From the NCBI GenBank assembly GCA_945861755.1, contig CAMAVQ010000004.1, forward strand, positions 15,086 to 79,085: a DNA stretch of 64,000 nt, in the 5' to 3' direction. A program made the position numbers and the translations under genes. Positions 45,148 to 54,939 of the stretch are shown here, one piece after another. This stretch comes from Gemmatimonas phototrophica (GTDB taxonomy: Bacteria > Latescibacterota > UBA2968 > UBA8231). The stretch's first letter is position 1. Every line of letters begins with the position of its first letter. The notes beneath the pieces were generated by a model. The model was not told where the DNA came from, ran no database searches, and saw nothing but the letters and a program-made list of their open reading frames with translations.

Positions 45148-46219
45148 ACCCCATGCCTACGCCATCCACGTGGGGCACGGCGTCTTATCGCGCCTGGGAG
45201 AATTGTGCCGGGCTGCGGGCCTGGGCCGGCAGGTGGCGCTGATCACCGACCACACCGTGGCCGGCCTGCACCTGGCTCCGGCCGCCGCCAGCTTGCGGGA
45301 GGCCGGCTTCGAGGTCACCGAAGTGCGCTTTGCCGGCACCGACGCCGCCAAAAACCTGCGCACTGCCGAGGAGGTCTTCGGGCAACTGATCCAGGCCGGC
45401 CTGGATCGCAAGGCCTGGGTGCTGGCCCTGGGCGGAGGCGTGGTGGGGGATCTGGCCGGCTTTGTGGCCGCCACCTTTCTGCGCGGCATCCCCTTTGTCC
45501 AGGTGCCCACCACTATCGTCTCGCAGGTGGACGCCAGCATCGGCGGCAAGACCGGGGTCAACCACGCCCTGGGCAAGAACATGATCGGCGCCTTTCACCA
45601 GCCCCGCCTGGTGTGCATCGACACGGCGCTCTTACACACCCTGCCGCGCCGCGAGCTGGTGGCCGGTATGGCCGAGGTGGTCAAACACGCCGTGATCCGC
45701 GACCCGGAACTCTTCGCCTTCCTGGAGCGCCATATCGAGCAGGTGGTCGGGCTGGAACTCGAGCCCGACGAGCTGGACTGGCTCATCGCCGGCAATGCGC
45801 GCATCAAGGCCGAGGTGGTGGCTGCCGACGAAAAGGAGGGTGAGCTGCGGGCTATTCTCAACTACGGCCACACCATCGGCCACGCCATCGAATCGGCCAG
45901 CCAGTACGGGTACCTGCACGGGGAGGCGGTGATCCTGGGCATGGTCGGAGCCGGCGAACTGGCGGTGCAGCGCGATATGTGGACCGAGGCCGAGCGAGAG
46001 CGCCAGGACCTGCTGCTGGCACGGCTGGGCATACCCTCTGGCCTGTCGCAGCTCTCCGCTGACCTTATCGTCGAGCGCACCCGCGCCGACAAGAAGCGCC
46101 TGGAAGGCCGGCACCGCTTTGTCCTGGCCCGCCGCATCGGCCAGGTGGAAATCGTCGACGGGGTCAGCGATGCACAGGTGCGCGCCGCTGTCGAATACGT
46201 GCAAACCCGGCACCCCTAA
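45122..46219 (+). CDS. aroB: 3-dehydroquinate synthase
   Basis: 365 aa. GGGVVGDLAGF, VPTT...QVDASIGGKTGVN, GKNMIGAFHQP, LNYGHTIGHAIE, HGEAV. Confidence 0.93.
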   Translation: MQTIAVALEPHAYAIHVGHGVLSRLGELCRAAGLGRQVALITDHTVAGLHLAPAAASLREAGFEVTEVRFAGTDAAKNLRTAEEVFGQLIQAGLDRKAWVLALGGGVVGDLAGFVAATFLRGIPFVQVPTTIVSQVDASIGGKTGVNHALGKNMIGAFHQPRLVCIDTALLHTLPRRELVAGMAEVVKHAVIRDPELFAFLERHIEQVVGLELEPDELDWLIAGNARIKAEVVAADEKEGELRAILNYGHTIGHAIESASQYGYLHGEAVILGMVGAGELAVQRDMWTEAERERQDLLLARLGIPSGLSQLSADLIVERTRADKKRLEGRHRFVLARRIGQVEIVDGVSDAQVRAAVEYVQTRHP

Positions 46220-46237
46220 GCCCTGAAGGAGCAGGTC

Positions 46238-46660
46238 ATGACCGAGATGGACGAGGAAGACCGCTTCAAAACCGCGTACGAATGCTTTGTCGAGGAATTG
46301 GACACCATCATCGGCAAAGAAGCGGTACTCAAATACCTGCAACTCGACCTGACCCCCGACGTCTTTGTCGACGCCGATGTGTGCGAAATGGCGCTGGTCG
46401 CCGCCGAGTTGCTGCTGCGCGCTGGGGGCGAAGGCATCGGCGAGATTCCCGAAGAGGCCGAGCAGGCCGCGCGCAACTGGAAATTCTCCTACGCCCCCGC
46501 AGACTACCTGGCCGCGGCGAGAACCGTGGTCAAGTTGGGCCAGGCCGGTTCGGAGCTGGATCTGGCCATGGAAGCCGATGGGGAAGAAGGGTACCAGGCC
46601 TGGAAGGATTACCTCGATGAGCTGGGCGGAGCATTAACCGCCAGAGCCGGCGGCCGCTGA
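46238..46660 (+). CDS. Acidic hypothetical protein (140 aa)
   Basis: ORF with coherent composition, 18 nt after aroB. Family not recognised. Confidence 0.55.
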   Translation: MTEMDEEDRFKTAYECFVEELDTIIGKEAVLKYLQLDLTPDVFVDADVCEMALVAAELLLRAGGEGIGEIPEEAEQAARNWKFSYAPADYLAAARTVVKLGQAGSELDLAMEADGEEGYQAWKDYLDELGGALTARAGGR

Positions 46661-46664
46661 ACCC

Positions 46665-47984
46665 ATGACCCAGACCAAACCCCATAAGGTCCACCTGGTC
46701 AACCTCGGTTGTCCCAAGAACCTGGTGGACTCGGAAAAAATGAGCGGCCTGCTCCAGGGCAACGGGTACGAGCTGACCTCAGACCCGCACGAAGCCGATG
46801 TGGTGGTGGTGAACACCTGCGGCTTCATCGGCCCGGCCAAGGAGGAGTCCATCCAGGCCATCCTCGAAGCCCACCGCCTCAAGAAAGAAGGCCGGGTCCA
46901 GGCGGTGATCGCCACTGGCTGTCTGGCCCAGCGCTACCAGGAGGAGTTGCAGATCGAGCTGCCCGAGGCCGACCAGATTCTACCATTGGCCGAGGAAGCC
47001 AACATCGCCGCCCACGTGGACCGCGCCCTGGGCAAAACCCGGACCACCTATATCGACAGCGCGCCCAGGCTGCAGCTGACCCCGCGCCACTGGGCGTACT
47101 TGCGCATCTCCGACGGCTGCGACCACCAGTGCGCCTTCTGCGCCATCCCCGCCATCCGCGGCAAACACCACAGCGAACCAGTGGATCAACTGGTGGAAGA
47201 GGCCCGGAATCTGGCCGAGAGCGGAGTGCGCGAGTTGGTGTTGATCTCCCAGGACTCGGTGCGCTACGGGGCCGACCTGTACGGGCGGGCCCAACTGGTG
47301 CCGCTCATGGAAAAGTTGGGCGCCATCGAGGGCATCGAGTGGCTGCGGCTGATGTACACCTATCCGGCCTTCTGGACCGAGGAGATGATCGCCCTTTTTG
47401 CCGACCACCCCAAGATCTGCGCGTACATCGACATGCCCCTGCAGCACATCTCCGACCCGGTGCTGCGGCGCATGAAGCGGGCCACCACCCGCCAGAAGAC
47501 CCTCGACCTCCTGACCGAGTTGCGCGGGCGCATCCCCGGCGTGGGGCTGCGCTCTTCTTTCATCGTCGGCTTTCCGGGGGAGACGGAGGCGCAGTTCGAG
47601 GAGTTGCTGGCCTTTGTCGAGCAAACCCGCTTCGACTACGCCACCGCCTTCCTCTACTCTCCCGAGGAAGGCACCAGCGCGTATCTGTTGGATGGAGAAG
47701 TAGAGGAAGAGGTCGTGGCCGAGCGCTATCGCCGGATCACCGAATTGCAGGAGCGCATCTCCGGCGAACTCAACCACGGCCTGGTGGGCACCCGCCAGCA
47801 GGTGCTGGTGGACGAGCGCACCCCCGAGGGCCAGCACCTGGGCCGCATGGAGCGGGACGCCCCCGAGATCGACGGCCAGGTGCTTATCGAGGGCCCGGTC
47901 GAGGTGGGACAGTTCGCCGAGGTGGAGATCACCGGAGCTGCCCCCTACGAACTGACCGCCCGCATGCTGAGCACAGCGCCGTGA
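46665..47984 (+). CDS. rimO: Ribosomal protein S12 methylthiotransferase RimO (radical SAM MTTase)
   Basis: 439 aa. HLVNLGCPKN, NTCGF, radical-SAM CDHQCAFC, and a TRAM-like C-terminus. Confidence 0.9.
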   Translation: MTQTKPHKVHLVNLGCPKNLVDSEKMSGLLQGNGYELTSDPHEADVVVVNTCGFIGPAKEESIQAILEAHRLKKEGRVQAVIATGCLAQRYQEELQIELPEADQILPLAEEANIAAHVDRALGKTRTTYIDSAPRLQLTPRHWAYLRISDGCDHQCAFCAIPAIRGKHHSEPVDQLVEEARNLAESGVRELVLISQDSVRYGADLYGRAQLVPLMEKLGAIEGIEWLRLMYTYPAFWTEEMIALFADHPKICAYIDMPLQHISDPVLRRMKRATTRQKTLDLLTELRGRIPGVGLRSSFIVGFPGETEAQFEELLAFVEQTRFDYATAFLYSPEEGTSAYLLDGEVEEEVVAERYRRITELQERISGELNHGLVGTRQQVLVDERTPEGQHLGRMERDAPEIDGQVLIEGPVEVGQFAEVEITGAAPYELTARMLSTAP

Positions 47985-48316
47985 ACCTGCCCAAGAAAAG
48001 ACCCGCAGAGATCGGCCTGAGCGACACCGACCTGGCCATCCGCTGGCAGGACGGCAGCGAGAGCCGCTACTCGCTGGAAGCGCTGCGCCGCAACTGCCCC
48101 TGCGCCCTGTGCCGCGCCCTGCGCGAAGAGCCCGGGGTGCAGACCCCGCCCCGGCCTGGCCCCCTGGAGTTGCCCATGCTCAGCAAGGAAGCCGCCACCG
48201 CCACCGCTCAGGCCAGCGGCTGGGAGTTGGTGGGCCGCTACGGCCTGCGCATCACCTGGGCCGACGGCCACGACCACGGCATCTACACCTTCGAGTACCT
48301 GCGCGAGCAGGGGTAA
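47981..48316 (+). CDS. DUF971-family protein
   Basis: GTG 47981 overlaps the rimO stop. ...LAIRWQDGSESRYSLEALRRNCPCALC...YGLRITWADGHDHGIYTFEYLR is the DUF971 pattern. Confidence 0.7.
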   Translation: MNLPKKRPAEIGLSDTDLAIRWQDGSESRYSLEALRRNCPCALCRALREEPGVQTPPRPGPLELPMLSKEAATATAQASGWELVGRYGLRITWADGHDHGIYTFEYLREQG

Positions 48317-48320
48317 ACGC

Positions 48321-49511
48321 TCAATCGAAGAAGCCCCCGTCTTCCTCCCGCAGATATTTCCGCGCCGCCTTCTCGTTTAAATCAATCCCCATGCCCGGCC
48401 GGTCCCACACCTGGATGTAGCTATCCTTGACGATGGGATCGGGCACCCCATCGACGATATCATACCACCACTCGGGCCGGCCCGTCGGGTACTCGAAGGC
48501 GATGTAGTTCTGCGGCATGGCCGCTGCCACCTGCACCAGGGCCGCCAGGCCCAGCAGACCATTGCCCGTGCCGTGGGGGGCCATCAGGACGCCGTGCAAA
48601 TCGGCGTATTCGGCCACCCACTTGAGTTCGGCGATACCGCCCACGTCGCAGGGGTCTGGCCCGACAATGCTCACTGCCCGCTTCTCGATCAACTCCTGAA
48701 AATTTTGCCGCAGGTAGATCTGCTCGCCGGTGTGGATGGGCGTGGTGGTGCTGCGGGTGACCTCGCGGTACAGATCGGCCTGCACGTACGGAGTGTAGTC
48801 GCCCGTGAGCATGTCCTCCAGCCACATCACGTTGAAGGGTTCTACCGCCTTGGCCAGGCGGATGGCGTCGGGCACGGTCCAGCCCGGGCCGCAGTCCAGG
48901 GCCAGGCCCACCTCGTCGCCCAGCACCTTTTTCATCGCCTCGACACAAGCGACGACATGTTTGAGCCCCCTTTCGGTCAACAGCCCGCGACTGGCGTACG
49001 GGCTGCCGCTGCGCACCTCCCCGTACATGTAGTTGGGCACCTCCTGGGGCATCTGGCTGTGGAAGGCGATGCCCTGCTTGATGATGCTGAAGTTCTCTGG
49101 ACTCGCCTTCATCTTGGCCACGTTCTCGGCATGGGCCTCGGGCGAGGAATCGGCCAGGGGGAAACGCACCGCCCCGTTGTAGACCAGCACCTTATCGCGG
49201 ATCTTGCCGCCCAGCAACTTGTGTACCGGCAGGCCCGCTGCCTTGCCGGCCAGATCCCACAGGGCCATCTCGATAGCGCTCACCGCGCTGCCCCAGGGCT
49301 TGAAGCTGCCCAGCTTGCGGATCTTGAGCATCACCCGCTCCACGTCGGTGGGGTCTTCGCCGAGAATGAACTGCTTGTAGTAGGCCACGTGGGCCTTGAG
49401 GTAAGGCTTGCTGGCCTCCACCTCGCCGTACCCGCTGATCCCCTGGTCGGTGACGATCCGCACCACGGGGTTCTGGCCGAAGATGGCGCACTTCAGGTCG
49501 GTGATTTTCAT
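48321..49511 (-). CDS. Enolase-superfamily enzyme (mandelate racemase / D-galactonate dehydratase-like)
   Basis: 396 aa. MKITDLK...VVRIVTDQGISGYGE, ALWDLAGK, LDCGPGW, WLED, IHTGE. Confidence 0.85.
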   Translation of the reverse strand: MKITDLKCAIFGQNPVVRIVTDQGISGYGEVEASKPYLKAHVAYYKQFILGEDPTDVERVMLKIRKLGSFKPWGSAVSAIEMALWDLAGKAAGLPVHKLLGGKIRDKVLVYNGAVRFPLADSSPEAHAENVAKMKASPENFSIIKQGIAFHSQMPQEVPNYMYGEVRSGSPYASRGLLTERGLKHVVACVEAMKKVLGDEVGLALDCGPGWTVPDAIRLAKAVEPFNVMWLEDMLTGDYTPYVQADLYREVTRSTTTPIHTGEQIYLRQNFQELIEKRAVSIVGPDPCDVGGIAELKWVAEYADLHGVLMAPHGTGNGLLGLAALVQVAAAMPQNYIAFEYPTGRPEWWYDIVDGVPDPIVKDSYIQVWDRPGMGIDLNEKAARKYLREEDGGFFD

Positions 49512-49655
49512 CGGAGCTGACCTCTCTTCAAAGTGAACTGAGGAATATCTTGGCGATGGGCCTCAGATTAGGCACACCTCTTGCCCAGGTCAAGCCACCG
49601 CTTTGACAGGTGCCCTGGCTGGAGAAGTACCTCCGGTAGAACCCGGCGGCACTCT

Positions 49656-50168
49656 TCAGCCGGCGGCGGGAGGCCGCCCTTCCCGAATGGCGCCCAGCAG
49701 TCCGGTGGTCGAATACCCGGCGGCAAAAGGCAGGATGCGGAGTTGTCCGCCACCCTGGCGGACAACTCCGGCCTCGGGCAGGGCCTCGGCGGTATAGTCA
49801 CCCCCCTTGCAGTGGATGTCGGGCCGGAGCAGGGCCAACAGCTCGTTGGCCAGGGGCTGGGCAAAGATCACCACGTGGTCCACGCAGCGCAGCGCCGCCA
49901 GCATCGCGGCCCGGTCCTCCTGGCCGAGCAGGGGCCGGCCTGGGCCCTTGAGCTGCCGCACCGACTCGTCGCTGTTGAGCCCCACGATCAGCACCTCGCC
50001 CAGAGCCCTGGCTTGCTGCAGGAAGCGCACATGGCCCGGGTGTAAGAGGTCGAAGCAGCCGTTGGTGGTGACCACCGCGCACCCCTCAACCCGGCAGGCC
50101 TGGCGGGCGGCGAGCAACTCGTCGAGGGGTCGGGAGCCAGAAGGAGTCCAGACAAAAGCAGCGGTCAT
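49656..50168 (-). CDS. D-glycero-beta-D-manno-heptose-1-phosphate adenylyltransferase-like cytidylyltransferase (RfaE domain II)
   Basis: 170 aa. VVTTNGCFDLLHPGHVRFL...LIVGLNSDESV...VVIF. Confidence 0.8.
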   Translation of the reverse strand: MTAAFVWTPSGSRPLDELLAARQACRVEGCAVVTTNGCFDLLHPGHVRFLQQARALGEVLIVGLNSDESVRQLKGPGRPLLGQEDRAAMLAALRCVDHVVIFAQPLANELLALLRPDIHCKGGDYTAEALPEAGVVRQGGGQLRILPFAAGYSTTGLLGAIREGRPPAAG

Positions 50169-50992
50169 CTACTCACCCTATCGAAAAGCCGCAGGAGCAA
50201 GGGATAGAGCCGGCCCCGCAAGGGGCCGTAGTGCTTGCGCATGAAAACACTCTGGCTCTGGCGCATCCAGGTCTTGCGCTGACCTGGCTTCACCGGCGCC
50301 TTGTTGTGATAGTGGAAAAGCTCGGACTGCGCGACATAGCGAACTTTGTATCCCGCCTGCCGCGCCCGGTAACACAGGTCCACATCCTCGTAGTACATGA
50401 AGAAGTTCACCCCGTCCCACCCCCCTGCTTTTTCCAGGGTCTCGCGGCGTATCCACAGGCAGGCGCCGGTCACCCAGTCCACCTCGCGCTGCTCTTCGTA
50501 CCCACAAAAATGGCGCTGGGAAAAACGCTCCAATGCAGGCCGGAGCGGGGGCAGGTATTGGAGCAGGCGGTCCAGAAAGATGCTGACCAGAGTGGGGAAG
50601 CGGCCCATCGAGCGCTCCACCCCGCACTCGCCATCGAGCAGCCGGCTGCCGAAGACCCCGCACTCGGGATGCAGCGCTGCCACTCCGAGCATGGCCCGCA
50701 GACTGCCGGGCAGGACTTCGGTATCGGGGTTGAGGAAGAGCAGCAGCGGCGCGCTGCTGGCCAAAGCCCCGGTATTGTTGTTGGCGGCAAAGCCCTGACG
50801 CTGCGCATTGCAGATCAGTTTCACCTCGGGGAACTGCGTCCGCACCAACTCCCCGCTGCCGTCGTCCGAGCAGTTCTCGACCACGATGATCTCGGCCGCC
50901 ACCTCCGCGTGGGCGCGCAGGGACCCCAGACACTGCCCCAACCAATGGCGGGCATTGTGGCTGACGATGATGATGGAGAGTTCGGGGGTCAT
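50165..50992 (-). CDS. GT2 glycosyltransferase
   Basis: ATG 50992 (MTPELSIIIVSHNARHWL) overlaps the Wzx stop (ATGA). VVENCSDDGS, NPDTE, and a DVDLCYR-type motif. Confidence 0.85.
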   Translation of the reverse strand: MTPELSIIIVSHNARHWLGQCLGSLRAHAEVAAEIIVVENCSDDGSGELVRTQFPEVKLICNAQRQGFAANNNTGALASSAPLLLFLNPDTEVLPGSLRAMLGVAALHPECGVFGSRLLDGECGVERSMGRFPTLVSIFLDRLLQYLPPLRPALERFSQRHFCGYEEQREVDWVTGACLWIRRETLEKAGGWDGVNFFMYYEDVDLCYRARQAGYKVRYVAQSELFHYHNKAPVKPGQRKTWMRQSQSVFMRKHYGPLRGRLYPLLLRLFDRVSR

Positions 50993-52464
50993 GCGCGCCG
51001 CTCCGCCAGCAACCGGCGCACCTGGGCCACACTCTCGGCGATCTGCCGCCGCTCCAGCAGACCCACCACTCCGGCGTAGATCCCCACCATCAGGGCGCTG
51101 CGCAGCACAAAGTCCACCAGGGGCTGATCCTGAGCAACGGAGGTATAGCCCACCCCGGCCCCGGCGGCCAACCCCAGCCCCAAGAGCGGGGCCCCGAAGA
51201 TCTTTGGCCATGAAACACTCACGTAGCGCCGCACCCCCCAGAGCAGGCTGAACAGACCCAGGGCAGCCACCAAACCCATGCTGAAGGCCACGCCCTGCAC
51301 CCCCCACCAGACGGCCATCGCCGGCACCAGCACCGCAGCCACCAATGCCTGCAATCCCATGAGCCGGGCACTCAACCGCGTGCCGCCCACTGCCCACAGC
51401 AGGCCGAAGCAGTCATCCATGAGTGGGCGCAGAAAGGCATACCCAGCGAGCCAGACGATCACCGCCGCCGAGACGCCCCACGCGGGCATCAGCACCATCA
51501 CCTCGCGCGCGTTGAGCACCAACACCAGGGCCAGGGGCCAGGCGATCCACACCTCCAGGCTGATCATGCGCGAGAACACCTCGCTCAGGCGCGGACGGTC
51601 GTGCTGGTAGCGCGCGTATACCGTATTGGTGTAGTTGAAGATGATGTGGGTGAGGATGGCCGTGGGGATCTGCACCAGCCACCAGGCGTTTTCGTACAGG
51701 GCCATCTCGGTCCTGCCCACCAGCAGCCGCACCACCAGCTTGTCGTACCACAAGATGAAAGTCTGCAGCATCCAGCCCACCCAGATCCACACCCCATAGT
51801 CGAGCAGGCGCCGCGTCCAGACCGGGTCCAGGTGCAGGCGGCTGAAACCCTGGGGCCGGCTCAGACCCACGGCCCCGGCAAAGAAAAACACATAGACCGC
51901 GCTGAACACCGAGAAGGTGCCCCACCCGCCGATGATCAGGCTCCACTCCGCCCACCCGGCCCAGGCTGCCAAGAGCGCCCCCAGCAGGGCCAGCACCGTG
52001 CCCAGGCCGTGGAAAAGGGAAAGCCGGCCGAACTCCAGATCCATGCGCAACAAGCCCTCGGCGGTCAGGGTGAGGTTGCGCAAAAAGAAGAGGACAGACA
52101 GGATGCCGGCCACCAACACCGCGGTACTGGTGAAGGTCTGGGGCCACAGATAATACAGTGCCCCCATCACCCCCAGGCCGAAAAGCAGGGTGAGGCCGCA
52201 GATGATCAGATTGAGGGTGAAGTGGGTCTGGACGAAGGCGCGGGACTTTTCCTGGAAGTGCAGCAGCGCGTACATCAACCCGAACTCGCGCGGGCTGGCC
52301 AGCAGGGTGAAGAGGGTCACTCCCAGAAAGGCGTCGGCAAAGACCCCGCTGGGGCCCAGCTCGCGCTTGATCAGCACCGTGAGCGCCACGCTGGCCAGGC
52401 GGGCCAGGTACCCGCTGCCCAGGGTGTAGAGAAACCCCTTGAGGAGTTTCTGCGGGGTGCTCAT
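50989..52464 (-). CDS. Polysaccharide flippase, Wzx/PST (MOP superfamily)
   Basis: ATG 52464 (MSTPQKLLKGFLYTLGSGYLARL) overlaps the upstream stop. About 12-14 TM helices. Confidence 0.75.
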   Translation of the reverse strand: MSTPQKLLKGFLYTLGSGYLARLASVALTVLIKRELGPSGVFADAFLGVTLFTLLASPREFGLMYALLHFQEKSRAFVQTHFTLNLIICGLTLLFGLGVMGALYYLWPQTFTSTAVLVAGILSVLFFLRNLTLTAEGLLRMDLEFGRLSLFHGLGTVLALLGALLAAWAGWAEWSLIIGGWGTFSVFSAVYVFFFAGAVGLSRPQGFSRLHLDPVWTRRLLDYGVWIWVGWMLQTFILWYDKLVVRLLVGRTEMALYENAWWLVQIPTAILTHIIFNYTNTVYARYQHDRPRLSEVFSRMISLEVWIAWPLALVLVLNAREVMVLMPAWGVSAAVIVWLAGYAFLRPLMDDCFGLLWAVGGTRLSARLMGLQALVAAVLVPAMAVWWGVQGVAFSMGLVAALGLFSLLWGVRRYVSVSWPKIFGAPLLGLGLAAGAGVGYTSVAQDQPLVDFVLRSALMVGIYAGVVGLLERRQIAESVAQVRRLLAERRA

Positions 52465-54938
52465 GCGGGGGAGACGGCGCGCCCCTTCCGCCAATCCCAG
52501 GCCCCCACCCCGACCACCACCAGCAGGCTCCACCAGGCGGCCCAGCGGGAGAGGGTCACCACCCGGGAGTGATAGCGCAACTCCACCTGATGCTCACCGG
52601 CCGGCACATACACCGCCTGCCACACGTAGTCGGCGCGCAGGATCTCCGCCGGCTGCCCATCCACGGTGGCCTGCCAGTTGGGGAAGAAGTTCTCGGCGAT
52701 CAGCAGCAGGCGGGCCCCGTCGGCCCGGGTCTTGAGCGACACCCGGCCCCCGGCCAGGTCATAGACCTGCCGCTCCACCTGGTCCTGGGCCGGGTCCCCT
52801 TCGCTGCCCAGGCTGGCGGGGGGTTCCTTTTCCAGCAGCACCGTGCGCCGCAGATCTACCTTGCCGGCCTTGAGTAATTCGAGGGCCTCGTCCTGGCTGG
52901 ACACCACCTGCGCTCCCGGCACCAGGCTGTGCCAGGGCAGGGCCGTGGGATTGTCGTAGAGCAGGTATTGCTCCCCCTTGAAGGCCAGGGGGAAGGAGGG
53001 AGAATTCAACTCGATGCCACCGGGAGCGGCGATGTACCGGGCGCTCAAGAGATTCAACAGGGGATGGATGGCTTCCAGCAACTGCTCGTCGCTGTAGGGC
53101 ACCTGCTGTCCGCGGTAATATTTGGCGCCCAGGTACGAGCTGACCGGGGCCACCTCCTGCAAGAGCCGGTCGTAGCGCTGCAGGGTGAAATCGTGGAAAC
53201 CGCTCACGCCGGGAATGCCGTAGAGGTGGTACCCGGCGTTGTCGAGCACGCTGTAGTCGGGCAGGGGGAAGACCCGCCAGAGCCGGTTGTCCCGCTTGAT
53301 GAACTCCACCGTGCGCGGGTTCTCCTGGCGAATATCGGTGCTGCGTGCCGGGTCCTCGTATTTGAGAAAGACCCGGTCGATGCGCCAGGTATCCACCAGG
53401 GTCAGGCCGATCAGTCCGGCCAGCAGCCAGCCCGAGGCCAGCCGCCGCTGGGTCCGCAGATAGAGCAACCCCGTGCCCGCCCCGGCCACCGCCGCCGCGA
53501 TCAGGCTGCCTCGGGACAGCCACTCCAGGCCGGCTTCGAGGATCTGGCTTTTGTGCGGGGCGATATCGCCGTAGAAAAGCGAAATCCACATGCCGGTGAG
53601 CGCGCCGGGCGCGAGGGCCAGGAGCAGGGCCAGACCCGTCAGCACCCCGCCGCAGATCAACAGGTGCCGATCCAGACCCGCTTCGCCTTCGAGCAGGCGG
53701 TGCAGGCTGTGGGCCGCCAGCACACAGGCGGGAAAGGCAAAGAGAAAGGCGATCATGCCCGGGGTGCGCAGCACCTTGGCACCGGGGGCCAACTGGTAGA
53801 AGAGCCAGTGTACCGGGGTGTGCGGCCCCAGGGCGTACCCCAGGGCAAAAAGAAAGAGTAAGCCCATAAAAGCGAGCCGGGGCTGGGCCCGCAACTGCGA
53901 CAGGGCCAGCAGCGCCAGCAAGAGCACCAGGATGCCGAAGTACTCGGAGTTGAGCTTGAGGGCATTGCGGCCCCAATAGTAGTTCTCGTTGCCCTTGGGG
54001 TCGGCAAAGCCGCCGAACTCGGGCACCACCAGCGAGCCCACCTCCTCGGGATGCAGGGACCAGCTGCGGGAGAACTCGAGCTGTTCCTCGGGGCTGCGGC
54101 CCTGCTCGCCGGCAGCGCGTTTGGACTCGCTGCGGGTATAGAAGAAGGAGGGGAAGAGCCCTTCGGCGCCCACACCCAATCCCAGGACGATGGCCAGGGC
54201 AAAGAGGCCGGTGCGCTGGGCCAGGATGGGCCTGGGGGTGCCGGCCCGGTGGAGTTGGTACAGCTTGAAGAGCAGATAGAAACCCGCCCCCCACAGGGCG
54301 TAGTAGAGCATCTGCAGATGCGGGGAATAGATGCCGGCGGCCACCAGCAGGGCCAGGCCGGCAAAATAGAGCGGCCGCCCCTCATCCATGCCTCGCTCGA
54401 TCATCAGACCCATCAGCGGGAAGAGGGCGATCACCGCCATCTTGGCATAGTGCCCGGCGTAGGGAAAGGCCAGGAAGGTGGGTGCCGACATATACGCCAC
54501 TCCGGCCCAGATCGCCGCGCTGCGGTTTACGCCCAGTTGGCGCAGGTACAGGTACATGGCCAGGCCGGCCAAAAACACGGTCAGGATATAGCGCCAGCCG
54601 ATATGCCGCTGAAAAGTGGTGAACAGGTAGAGGGGAAAGGTGGGGAAGTACTGCCAGCGCAGGCCCTCGCCCTCGGGGAAGCCACCCATGCGCTCGCTCC
54701 ACAGCGGCTGGGCTAGCTCTCCCAGCTTGGCGCTCAGCGAGGTTTCGCCCCGGTGGAAATCCGTGCCGATATCGCTGCCAAAGACGATCTTGCCAGAGAA
54801 GAGGAACTCGGAGAAGTAGACCAGGCTCAGCAGCAGGAAGAGAGCTGCGGGGAACCAGGGACGATGCCAGATGGAGGTGCCCGTATCGGTCACCGCTGCA
54901 CTGGGGGGAGCCGGCTGGCCCGGCGCTTTCTTGGCCAT
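52461..54938 (-). CDS. Large polytopic membrane protein, YfhO-like
   Basis: 825 aa. N-terminal multi-TM domain with DIGTDFHRGE, a late TM, and a large extracytoplasmic C-terminal domain ending in a TM helix. Confidence 0.6.
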   Translation of the reverse strand: MAKKAPGQPAPPSAAVTDTGTSIWHRPWFPAALFLLLSLVYFSEFLFSGKIVFGSDIGTDFHRGETSLSAKLGELAQPLWSERMGGFPEGEGLRWQYFPTFPLYLFTTFQRHIGWRYILTVFLAGLAMYLYLRQLGVNRSAAIWAGVAYMSAPTFLAFPYAGHYAKMAVIALFPLMGLMIERGMDEGRPLYFAGLALLVAAGIYSPHLQMLYYALWGAGFYLLFKLYQLHRAGTPRPILAQRTGLFALAIVLGLGVGAEGLFPSFFYTRSESKRAAGEQGRSPEEQLEFSRSWSLHPEEVGSLVVPEFGGFADPKGNENYYWGRNALKLNSEYFGILVLLLALLALSQLRAQPRLAFMGLLFLFALGYALGPHTPVHWLFYQLAPGAKVLRTPGMIAFLFAFPACVLAAHSLHRLLEGEAGLDRHLLICGGVLTGLALLLALAPGALTGMWISLFYGDIAPHKSQILEAGLEWLSRGSLIAAAVAGAGTGLLYLRTQRRLASGWLLAGLIGLTLVDTWRIDRVFLKYEDPARSTDIRQENPRTVEFIKRDNRLWRVFPLPDYSVLDNAGYHLYGIPGVSGFHDFTLQRYDRLLQEVAPVSSYLGAKYYRGQQVPYSDEQLLEAIHPLLNLLSARYIAAPGGIELNSPSFPLAFKGEQYLLYDNPTALPWHSLVPGAQVVSSQDEALELLKAGKVDLRRTVLLEKEPPASLGSEGDPAQDQVERQVYDLAGGRVSLKTRADGARLLLIAENFFPNWQATVDGQPAEILRADYVWQAVYVPAGEHQVELRYHSRVVTLSRWAAWWSLLVVVGVGAWDWRKGRAVSPA

Positions 54939-54939
54939 C

